Part shown: positions 37,401 through 43,805 of the stretch, in pieces
Layout: every line of letters starts with the position of its first letter
How positions within the stretch are numbered: the first letter of the stretch is position 1
Origin: a virus
Lineage: Duplodnaviria > Caudoviricetes
DNA: 64,000 nucleotides
Virus record (IMG/VR): IMGVR_UViG_3300008262_000013
Reading direction: 5' to 3' (one strand)
Notes under the pieces: model-generated
What the model was told of the DNA's origin: nothing
Databases searched by the model: none
Seen by the model: only the letters and a program-made list of their open reading frames with translations
Position numbers and translations under genes: made by a program

Positions 37401-37791
37401 AAGTGGTACAACAATTACCTTCGATGAAGCACCACCCAATACTGCAAATATTGAAATTACCACTATTAAGAATATCTTTGGTACGTTCATAAATAGAAAT
37501 TACCTTGGAGATGGTTCAAATACAAACTTTACTGTTACGAGTGGCGTTTCAGCAAATAGTGTTCTTGTGTTCCAAAATGGTATCGCACAAAGACCTATTA
37601 CTGATTATACTGTAAGTGGAAGCACACTATCATTCTCAACGGCACCAACGAATGGTGAAATTGTACAAGTGCGAGAACTTGTAGGTGATCCTGGTGGTTC
37701 AACAGTTCTTGCACAAGCGGCTTTTGATAAAGCAAATACGGCAGCAACAACAGGTAAATCTATTGCAATGGCGATAGTATTCGGAGGATAA
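28405..37791 (+). CDS. Giant repetitive tail-fibre-like protein (3128 aa)
   Basis: Uninterrupted 9.4-kb ORF with 21/28-aa ADSKAVTAGSYANSAFGxANT(ATTNAAT) repeats, five SGGT..WNE-type modules and five F.G.G..T.F.L beta-repeats; ends IAMAIVFGG. Confidence 0.82.
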   Translation: MTYSYIGNQSTSNQLNKVKTEANSAFSAANSSGSYANSAFSAANTADSKAVTSGLYANSAYALANTVSSGAIDNYARPHANAAFEVANSSSSYSNSAFLAANTSDSKAVTAGSYANSAYGQANTATTNAATADTKAVDAGNYANSAFGIANTANVNSISAGSYANSAYTQANTATTNAATADGKAVTAGSYANSSFSAANTADGKAVTSGSYANSAFATANTVDDKVSTSGSYANSAFGAANTADTKAVNAGSYANAAFGQANTATTNAATADSKAVSAGNYANAAFDVANTADGKAVTAGSYANSAYVQANTATTNAATADSKAVSAGEYANSSFGAANTADSKAVTAGNYANSAFGSANTADAKAVTSGLYANAAYALANTISSGAIDNYARPHANAAFEVANSASSYANNAFASANTADSKAVTSGSYANSAFSAANNKYSSSGGTITGDVVVTGNLTVSGTQTIINTETLNLADNLIDLNSNFTSGAPTENAGIRIIRGDELPVQLRWNETVDQWQFTVDGSNYNNIASQSVESYANSAFGTANTVDSKAVTAGSYANSAFGTANTATANAATADGKAVTAGSYANSAFAAANTVLSGSVDNYARPHANAAFEVANSSSVYANSAYGQANTATTNAATADSKAISAGSYANSAFSSSNTATTNAATADSKAVSAGEYANSAYGQANTAITNAATADSKAVSASDYANGAFNTANSGSSYANSAFLTSNTADSKAVTSGNYANAAFALANTVSSGSVDNYARPHANAAFEVANSASSYANGAFASANTADSKAVSAGNYANSAYTQANTATTNAATADGKATSAGSYANSAYTQANTATTNAATADDKATSAGSYANSAFSSSNTKFSSSGGTITGDIVVTGNLTVSGTRTIVDTEIVTIADNLIDLNSNFVTGTPTENGGIRVIRGDEVPVQLRWNESAKYWQFSNDGVSYSNVASQISEQYANSAFATANSADSKITTVGNYANSAFGAANTSDSKAVTAGSYANSAYGQANTATTNAATADTKAVTAGSYANAAFALANTVSSGSVDNYARPHANAAFNTANSGSSYANSAFGAANTADSKAVTSGNYANSAYGQANTATTNAATADGKAVTAGLYANGAYSAANTADDKAITSGSYANSAYGQANTATTNAATADSKAVTAGDYANSSFSAANTADGKAVTAGNYANSAYGQANTANTNAATADGKAVTAGSYANSAFAAANNAVDTWVRDAANSASSYANSAFGAANTSDSKAVTAGSYANSSFTKANSAYDLASAVAANGNFILSVKNDTFVGTGSCTTFQLSTTPANEDYTLITIEGVTQLKSSYSLSAANVIFSEAPKLSDNIDVLVFSSDVNPSFGAANSAGLYANAAFALANAVSSGSVDAYARPHANAAFDVANSASGYANSAFGAANTATTNAATADSKAVTAGSYANSAFNTANNNVSNTGGTISGDLSITGNLTVFGNATSIAVSSIKIDDSLIQLAANNESDAIDIGFFGHYSTDAGVTQKHTGLFRDATDGRYYLFYNYEDASFDTLTPNNVIDVANSTFRVANLTANIVTDVISIRGYDPINYTNSAFNAANTADSKAVSAGSYSNAAFEAANSSSGYANSAYGQANTATTNAATADGKAVTAGIYANAAFALANTISSGSVDNYARPHANAAFEVANSASSYANGAFGVANTADSKAVSAGLYANAAFGTANSASSYANSAFGTANTADANAGTADSKAVTAGNYANSAFSVANTSDSKAVTAGSYANAAFALANTVSSGSVDNYARPHANAAFEVANSASGYANSAYGQANTSDSKATSAGSYANSAYGQANTATTNAATADQKAVTSGSYANSAFDTANTATTNASNANSNALIAGSYANSAFAAANNATDTWVRNAANAASSYANSAFGTANTSDSKSQSASLYANAAFALANTLSSGNVDQYARDLSNAASLHSNTAFNFANTLIGTGTSIVGYVDEFLGDGACTEFTLINTPNSENLTLISISGLVQSKNNYSLTGNVITFSTAPPLNSKIEINTFSGGGAGLSFDAANSAGLYANAAFALANTVSSGSVDNYARPNSNAAFEAANSGSSYANSAYGQANTATTNAATADGKAVTAGSYANSAYGQANTATTNAATADSKAVTAGDYANSAFGVANTKYSSSGGTVSGDVIITGNLTVSGTRTIVDTEIVTIADNLIDLNSNFTTGTPTENGGIRVIRGDEVPVQLRWNESAKYWQFSNDGASFINISSQSAESYSNAAFSVANSSSSYANSAFAAANNATDTWVRNAANAASSYANSAFGTANSATTNAATADGKAVTAGSYANSAFGAANTSDSKALSAGLYANAAFDLANTISSGSVDNYARPHANAAYNTANSASSYANSAFDTANTVDSKVVTSGSYANGAYTQANTATTNAATADGKAVTAGSYANSAYTQANTATTNAATADGKAVTAGSYANAAFALANTISSGSIDSYARPHANAAFEVANSASGYANAAFALANTISSGSVDNYARPHANAAFEVANSASSYANAAFDTANTADSKSVTSGNYANGAYTQANTATTNAATADSKAVTSGSYANSAFGTANTATTNAATADGKAVSAGSYANSAFGTANTATTNAATADGKAVSAGSYANSAFGTANTSDSKAVTSGSYANSAFGTANTATTNAATADSKAVTAGSYANSAFGTANNKLNSSGGTISGDLTVNGNISVTGCTTTLTVNTLRTSDHIIDLGFGTVGVPTQNAGIRILRGDENPVQLRWVEDDNSWEFTNDGANYLKIGAQSGEIYANLAFTAANTPSHVANSASSYANASFIHANAAFAVANSGGGAGTDSYARDTANSASVYANAAFAAANTGGGGGGGTGQYASTMKVDSFTGTGACTQFTLTQEPSGEDYTIVSLNGILQHKSAYSLSGSIVTFSEAPENNIAIDIVSLVNKVAGGSSEIVVDNFTGTGACTQFTLTTTPANENFVTAVFDGVTQSRLTYSVSGTTITFDEAPPNTANIEITTIKNIFGTFINRNYLGDGSNTNFTVTSGVSANSVLVFQNGIAQRPITDYTVSGSTLSFSTAPTNGEIVQVRELVGDPGGSTVLAQAAFDKANTAATTGKSIAMAIVFGG
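36178..36363 (+). repeat. Perfect 84-nt tandem repeat (about 2.2 copies) inside the giant fibre gene
   Basis: The unit tttggtactgctaatacagcc...gctaactcagca begins at 36178, 36262 and 36346. Confidence 0.92.
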
Positions 37792-37795
37792 TTAA

Positions 37796-38983
37796 ATGGC
37801 AGCACCAAATATAGTTAATGTAAGTCAAATAACAGCGAATACAAATTTAGCAAATGTTACCACAGTTGTATCAAACGTGGTGACGAATTCTGCAAGTAGT
37901 GGTAAAGTATATAAAGTAAATAACATACAACTTGCAAATTATAGTGCTGCAACAGTTACAGCCAACGTAATTTTTAATAGAAATTCTGCTTCACCAACAT
38001 CTTATTATATTGCTGGATCTATTTCAATACCTGCTACTTCTACTTTAGTTGTTGTAGCAAAAGATACTTCATTTTATATGGAAGAAAGTGATGTTTTACA
38101 ATTGTCTAGTACAGGTATTTTATCTAGTAGTATCGAATCACAGTACTTAAAGAGTTCTGGTAAATGGCCAGGATTAACAACAACAGTTAATTTCTTAGTC
38201 GTTGCTGGTGGTGGCGGAGGATCAGAAGATAATACAGGTGGAGGTGGAGGAGGAGCAGGAGGATATAGAACTGATACTACAGAACTCGGAACCGGAACAT
38301 ATACAATTACTATTGGTGCTGGCGGTAGTGGAGGAAGCACGGATGGTGCTAGAGGAGCCAATGGATCAGTTTCTCAAATAACAAATGGAACATACACAAT
38401 GACTTCTACTGGAGGTGGCGGTGGAGGTTCACAAACACTTAATGGTTTTCCTGGTGGGTCTGGAGGTGGAGCATCTAGAGCATTACTTGGTGCTGCCGGC
38501 AATTTAGGAGGATACACTCCACCCGAAGGACAAAGAGGTGGTAGAGGTATAGATGGTACTCCATACGCCGGCGGCGGTGGCGGTGGTGCTGGTGTTGCTG
38601 GCGCTAATGCCTCTGTAACTGGTGGAGGTTCTGGAGGCACAGGAAATACTTGGCTTAATGGAGTAGTTTATGCAGGAGGCGGCGGAGGAGGTTCCCGTGT
38701 AGCTGGAACAGCAGGAGCGGGCGGAAGTGGCGGCGGCGGCAACGGATCAAACACACATACTGCGCCGGGAGCTTCTGGAACAGCAAACAGAGGAGGTGGT
38801 GGTGGAGGAGGAGGTTATAACAGCGGTACGAGTGATGGTGGTGCCGGCGGATCAGGTGTTGTTATATTAAGATTTCCAACCGCTTCTGCAAACGCTACTT
38901 CTACTGGAGGATCACCAACATATACTGAAAGTGATGGATATAGATATTTTACTTTCACAGCTTCAGGTTCAATTACATTCTAA
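37796..38983 (+). CDS. Virion protein: MAAPNIV-type N-domain fused to glycine-rich domain
   Basis: N-terminal ~105 aa homologous to 28080..28403, followed by VVAGGGGG...GGSGVVILRF Gly-rich repeats. Confidence 0.75.
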   Translation: MAAPNIVNVSQITANTNLANVTTVVSNVVTNSASSGKVYKVNNIQLANYSAATVTANVIFNRNSASPTSYYIAGSISIPATSTLVVVAKDTSFYMEESDVLQLSSTGILSSSIESQYLKSSGKWPGLTTTVNFLVVAGGGGGSEDNTGGGGGGAGGYRTDTTELGTGTYTITIGAGGSGGSTDGARGANGSVSQITNGTYTMTSTGGGGGGSQTLNGFPGGSGGGASRALLGAAGNLGGYTPPEGQRGGRGIDGTPYAGGGGGGAGVAGANASVTGGGSGGTGNTWLNGVVYAGGGGGGSRVAGTAGAGGSGGGGNGSNTHTAPGASGTANRGGGGGGGGYNSGTSDGGAGGSGVVILRFPTASANATSTGGSPTYTESDGYRYFTFTASGSITF

Positions 38984-39006
38984 CATTCGTTAAAACCTTA
39001 GATGGC

Positions 39007-39013
39007 ATAAATA
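39007..39013 (+). promoter_or_regulatory. T4-type late promoter upstream of gp13
   Basis: Intergenic CATAAATA followed by AAGGAG RBS. Confidence 0.7.
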
Positions 39014-39032
39014 CTCTGTAAAAGGAGAATTT

Positions 39033-39989
39033 ATGGCATCCCCATCAACTAGAGCACAATTCAAAGATTACTGTTTACGTCAACTTGGTTGGCCAGTCAT
39101 TAATATTAATGTTGATGACGATCAAGTAGAAGATAGAATTGATGATGCACTTCAATTTTTTTATGATTACCATTTTGATGGTTGTGAAAAACTGTACATG
39201 AAACATCAATTTACGCAAGAAGATATTGATCGCCGTTGGATATATTGTCCTGATGCCGTAATATCTGTTACTGGTGTTCTTCCTTTTGATGGTTCCAATT
39301 CTTCAATTAATATGTTCGATCTAAGATATCAACTTAGATTACACGATCTCTATGATTTTACCTCTGTGTCTTATGTTTCATATGAGATTACTATGCAACA
39401 TATTCGCACACTAAATCTTTTATTCTCAGGCACTCCTCAATTTAGATTTAATCGACACATGAATAGAATCATGTTAGATATTAATTGGGAGAGTGATGCT
39501 AAAGTTGGTGAGTATGTAATCATTGAATGTTATCGTAAAATGGATCCAGATACGGTTACATTAACAGGCACACTAACTGGAAATACATCATCAAATACTG
39601 TAATTGGAACAAGCACAAAGTTTGACCAAGAAGTAATTGAGAATGACTTTATTACATTGTCTGATGGACAACAAGTTCAAATAAGAAAAATAAATTCACC
39701 AACAAATATTGATTTAAGTAAACCTCCTACAGCAAATGTTTCCGGAGTATCTGCAACAAAAGCTGGAGTTTCAGACGTTTGGAACGATAGATTTTTAAAA
39801 CAATATGCCACCGCCAAGATTAAACAACAGTGGGGAAGTAATATGAAAAAGTTTGGTGGCATACAAATGCCTGGTGGTGTCACATTAAATGGAAAAGAAA
39901 TTTACGATGAGGCTGTTGCAGAGATTGATAAAATTGAAGCAGAGATGCAGCAATACAACGTATTACCAAATGACTTTATGATGGGTTAA
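39033..39989 (+). CDS. gp13: Neck protein gp13
   Basis: PSTRAQFKDYCLRQLGWPVININVDDDQVEDRIDDAL...WG.N..KF.G..MPGGVTLNG. Confidence 0.93.
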   Translation: MASPSTRAQFKDYCLRQLGWPVININVDDDQVEDRIDDALQFFYDYHFDGCEKLYMKHQFTQEDIDRRWIYCPDAVISVTGVLPFDGSNSSINMFDLRYQLRLHDLYDFTSVSYVSYEITMQHIRTLNLLFSGTPQFRFNRHMNRIMLDINWESDAKVGEYVIIECYRKMDPDTVTLTGTLTGNTSSNTVIGTSTKFDQEVIENDFITLSDGQQVQIRKINSPTNIDLSKPPTANVSGVSATKAGVSDVWNDRFLKQYATAKIKQQWGSNMKKFGGIQMPGGVTLNGKEIYDEAVAEIDKIEAEMQQYNVLPNDFMMG

Positions 39990-39991
39990 AC

Positions 39992-40948
39992 GTGGCTACA
40001 AATTTTTATTTTCAACCATTTCCTCAGGATCAAATAACCAATGAACAACTTTTAGTTGAAGATTTGGTGATTGAAGCTCTTGGTATATACGGCATGGATG
40101 TTTATTATATGCCAAGAACTTCTAGAGATCCTAATGGTATTGATAAATTATTTGGTGAAGATACACTAAAACAATATGTCTCTGCACATCCGTTAGAAAT
40201 ATATCTCGAAAACATTACTGGTATGGATGGAGAGGGAGACTTTGCATCAAAATTTGGTTTGCAGATACAGGATGAAGCTACAGTATTAGTTTCTCGCCGC
40301 AGATTTAAATACGCTGTTGGTTCAAGCAATTTTAATCGTCCAAGAATTGGTGATATTGTTGCTACCGAAAACCAAGCACCAACAAGACCGAGAGAAGGTG
40401 ATTTAATTTATATGCCTTTATTAAAGTCTTTCTTTGAAATTACTTTTGTTGAACATGAAGATGATCAAGCTATGTTCTACACCTTAGGTCGTGGACGTGG
40501 TGGTAATGTGTATGTTTATGCAATCAAGATGAAAAAGTTTGTTTTCTCACAAGAAATTATTTCTACAGGCAAACAAGAAATTGATGATAATGCTTTCGAA
40601 TATTATGCAAAAACTCGCCTATCAGTTCCTACTTCGGGAACAGGTACATATGTAAAAGGTGAGATTGTATATCAAGGTGCAAACTTGGCAAACTCAACAG
40701 CACAAGCTATTGTACATACGTGGAATCCAGCAAGATATATTGATGTTGTTCAAGTAAAAGGAAGTTTTGTTTCGGGAACTACATTAAAAGGCAATACAAG
40801 TAATGCAATATGGACGATGGATGAAGCAGCTGATGATATGGTACCATTAGATAATGCATTTGAAGAAATAAATGACAATTATGGAATCGAAACCGAATCG
40901 GATTCTATTATTGATTTTACTGAAGTCAACCCATTCGGAGAACCTTGA
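39992..40948 (+). CDS. gp14: Neck protein gp14
   Basis: EQLLVEDLVIEAL..YG.DVYYMPR...G.GDF.SKFG...PREGDLIY...NPFGEP. Confidence 0.92.
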   Translation: MATNFYFQPFPQDQITNEQLLVEDLVIEALGIYGMDVYYMPRTSRDPNGIDKLFGEDTLKQYVSAHPLEIYLENITGMDGEGDFASKFGLQIQDEATVLVSRRRFKYAVGSSNFNRPRIGDIVATENQAPTRPREGDLIYMPLLKSFFEITFVEHEDDQAMFYTLGRGRGGNVYVYAIKMKKFVFSQEIISTGKQEIDDNAFEYYAKTRLSVPTSGTGTYVKGEIVYQGANLANSTAQAIVHTWNPARYIDVVQVKGSFVSGTTLKGNTSNAIWTMDEAADDMVPLDNAFEEINDNYGIETESDSIIDFTEVNPFGEP

Positions 40949-41802
40949 TGTTACAGAATCGACATTTTTACCATAGAACAATAAGAAAAGTTGTTGTAGC
41001 TTTTGGTACACTCTTTAATAACATACAATTAATTCGTTACACAAAAGACCTTTCGCAGGAAAAAGAAAGATTTCGTGTACCATTAAGTTATGGATCAAAA
41101 GAAAAATATGTAACAAGACTTTTCTCAGATCCAAATTTAATTAAAAGTGTTGCTATAGTTGTACCTAGAATTTCATTTGAAATGACTGGACTTAGTTATG
41201 ATTCAGGAAGAAAACAAATTTCTTCAATAAGAAATTTTTCTGCAAACAATTCAACAAGACTCAATACACAATTTGTTCCTATACCCTATAACTTCGACTT
41301 TTCAATGTCGATCTTCGTAAGAAATACTGAAGATGGAACACAGATATTGGAACAAATATTACCGTATTTTACACCAGATTTTAATGTTACTGTAGATTTT
41401 ATACCTGGTATGGATCAAAAGTATGATCTACCAATTATTTTAAATTCAGTAAACACAACAACAGAATATGAAGGTGATTTTTTATCAACAAGATATATAA
41501 CTTGGGATTTAGAATTTACAGTAAAAGGATATATTTGGCCATCACTTAATACAGGCAAATACATTCGTCAAGCAAATACAAACATTATTGTATCGCAAGA
41601 TCCTACAAATTACATTGAATCTGCCAATTCTATTGTTTCAGAACTTAAAACAACACCTTCACCGATTACAGCAGAACCAGATGATGAATTTGGATTCTCG
41701 GAAGAATATACAAATCCATTTGAACCCGAATCAATAATTTTACTTACTGAAGATGGGTTTGAATTGGTCACAGAAGATGCAAGATATAAATTAGAGGCTT
41801 AA
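40948..41802 (+). CDS. gp15: Tail sheath stabiliser/terminator gp15
   Basis: HFYHRTIRKVVVAFGTLFNNI...VPLSYGSKEK...PRISFEM...QILEQILPYFTP; follows gp14. Confidence 0.92.
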   Translation: MLQNRHFYHRTIRKVVVAFGTLFNNIQLIRYTKDLSQEKERFRVPLSYGSKEKYVTRLFSDPNLIKSVAIVVPRISFEMTGLSYDSGRKQISSIRNFSANNSTRLNTQFVPIPYNFDFSMSIFVRNTEDGTQILEQILPYFTPDFNVTVDFIPGMDQKYDLPIILNSVNTTTEYEGDFLSTRYITWDLEFTVKGYIWPSLNTGKYIRQANTNIIVSQDPTNYIESANSIVSELKTTPSPITAEPDDEFGFSEEYTNPFEPESIILLTEDGFELVTEDARYKLEA

Positions 41803-42959
41803 ATGGCAACCAAAAAATTCTCAGAATTAACAGTACTGGATACTGTAAACGCAAACTTAGTATTAACAGTTATACCTGTTTATGATACTTCTAGTAATAC
41901 AACTAGAAAAGTTACTTTGCAACAAATAAATGATTCAATTGAAGCAAATATTCCTTTTGCTGCAGCGGCATTCACTCAAGCAAATACACCTAGTCATGTT
42001 GCCAACTCAGCGTCAAGTTATGCAAATGCGTCTTTTAGTAAAGCAAATACTCCTAGTGATGTTGCTAACTCCGCATCAAGTTATGCCAATTCGGCATTTG
42101 GTGTTGCGAACACTGCAAATAGTAATGCTATAAGTGCAAGTCAATATGCTAATGCAGCATTTGCTGTCGCAAATAGTGGTATTACCGATTCGTGGGCTAG
42201 AGATACCGCTAATAGTGCAAGTTCTTATGCTAACTCTGCTTATAGTGTTGCTAATACTGCAAATACCAATGTTGTAACAGCTGATCAGAAAGCAGTTACT
42301 TCGGGTGCTTATGCTAATGCTGCATATGGCCAAGCTAATACATCAAACACTTTAGCTCAGCAATCATACGATGCTGCAAACACCAAAGTTAGTAAGTCTG
42401 GTGATACAATGACTGGTGATTTAAAATTTGGTGGTGGTGGCGGAATATTCAATATGCCAACAAATCAAATAGCAATTACAGCAAATGTTGATAATGATGT
42501 TTCTGGTTTTTTTGCTCAAGCAACAGGTATATCAACAGTATATGCAAATACAGATGTTACAATACAAGCAAATACAGGTGGTGCAGTTACATCAGTATGG
42601 ACTTTTAATAGCACAGGTTCATTGACATTTCCTGATAGCACAATTCAAAGTACCGCATTTACCGGTTATGGTATTGATAATGTTGCACGATATACCGCCA
42701 ACTCTGCTGAATCATATGCCAACTCGGCATTTACTCAAGCAAATACTCCAAGTCATGTTGCCAACTCAGCATCAAGTTATGCAAATGGAGCTTTTACTCA
42801 AGCAAATACTCCAAGTCATGTTGCCAACTCAGCTCCAACACTTATGTTGCATCATATGCTGCAATTTGGGACACTTCACCTCCAACAACAATTCAATCTG
42901 CAATAGATCGTCTGGCTAATGCAATTTACATTTTAAATAGTAATACTCCTATACTATGA
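41803..42959 (+). CDS. Fibre-like virion protein (KKFSEL N-terminus, ANSA repeats) with an apparent -1 frameshift near 42834
   Basis: The zero frame ends at 42906 in nonsense-looking sequence. The -1 frame from 42834 reads SNTYVASYAAIWDTSPPTTIQSAIDRLANAIYILNSNTPIL* and ends in an ATGA overlap with gp16. Confidence 0.7.
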
Positions 42960-43345
42960 ATAAATTGAATAATAACTTATCTGAAATTTTAGATGTAGAA
43001 CCTATTGAAGTAACAAACAATATTGTTTTCGAACCCTTAAATGATATCGATGATGATGCAGAGTTCGCTCGTCAAAATATTAGGCATCTTATAGAAAAAG
43101 GTAACGATGCTATAGAGGGAATTTTAAATGTTGCTAGAGCTTCTGATCATCCAAGAGCATATGAAGTTGCCGCAAATATGTTGAAACACTTAACGGACAT
43201 GAATAAAGATTTGATGGAAATACAAAAAAGAAAAAAAGATTTACAACCAAAAGAATCTTCACCTACAAATGGTATTACTGTTGATAAGGCTGTGTTTGTA
43301 GGATCAACTAAAGAATTAGTAAAACTTTTAAAGAGTAAAGAATAA
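42956..43345 (+). CDS. gp16: Terminase small subunit gp16
   Basis: DDAEFARQNIRHLIEKG...ASDHPRAYEV...VFVGSTKEL pattern; positioned after gp15 and before gp17. Confidence 0.85.
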   Translation: MNKLNNNLSEILDVEPIEVTNNIVFEPLNDIDDDAEFARQNIRHLIEKGNDAIEGILNVARASDHPRAYEVAANMLKHLTDMNKDLMEIQKRKKDLQPKESSPTNGITVDKAVFVGSTKELVKLLKSKE

Positions 43346-43803
43346 TGGCACTAACAAAAATAAAACCTAATGCTGTTGATGAGACACTAGACTATTCATT
43401 TGATGATGTAAATGCAAATACAATGTCTGTTTTAGGCACTTCTACTTTTCAACAAGTAACAGAAAAAATACAAACAAAAACTGCAGCTACAGGTACGGTA
43501 ACTCATGATTATTCTTTAGGCACTTTATTTTATCACAGTTCAATCTCTGCAAATTTTACTGCAAATATTACAAATGTACCTACAACAAATGATAGAAGTA
43601 TTGTGGTAAGTTTAGTTTTAGATCAAGGTGCAACAGGATATATTCCTAATGCGTTACAAATTGATGGTTCATCACAAACAATTAATTGGGTTGGCGGTGC
43701 TACTCCAACTCCTATAGCCAATAAAAAAGAAATAGTTTCTTTTGTTTTGCTAAGAGTTTCAAGCAATTGGATCGTGTTGGGTTCAATTTCAACATATGGT
43801 TAA
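43345..43803 (+). CDS. Hypothetical virion-associated beta-rich protein
   Basis: MALTKIKP N-terminus and ..W.GG..PT......D/E.VSF C-terminal domain seen in phage structural proteins. Confidence 0.6.
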   Translation: MALTKIKPNAVDETLDYSFDDVNANTMSVLGTSTFQQVTEKIQTKTAATGTVTHDYSLGTLFYHSSISANFTANITNVPTTNDRSIVVSLVLDQGATGYIPNALQIDGSSQTINWVGGATPTPIANKKEIVSFVLLRVSSNWIVLGSISTYG

Positions 43804-43805
43804 AG

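Noticed and set aside
28405-37791. Regular 63/84-nt repeats resembling a CRISPR array
   Set aside because: The repeats are in-frame coding units with synonymous variation and no unique spacers; no cas genes are present.
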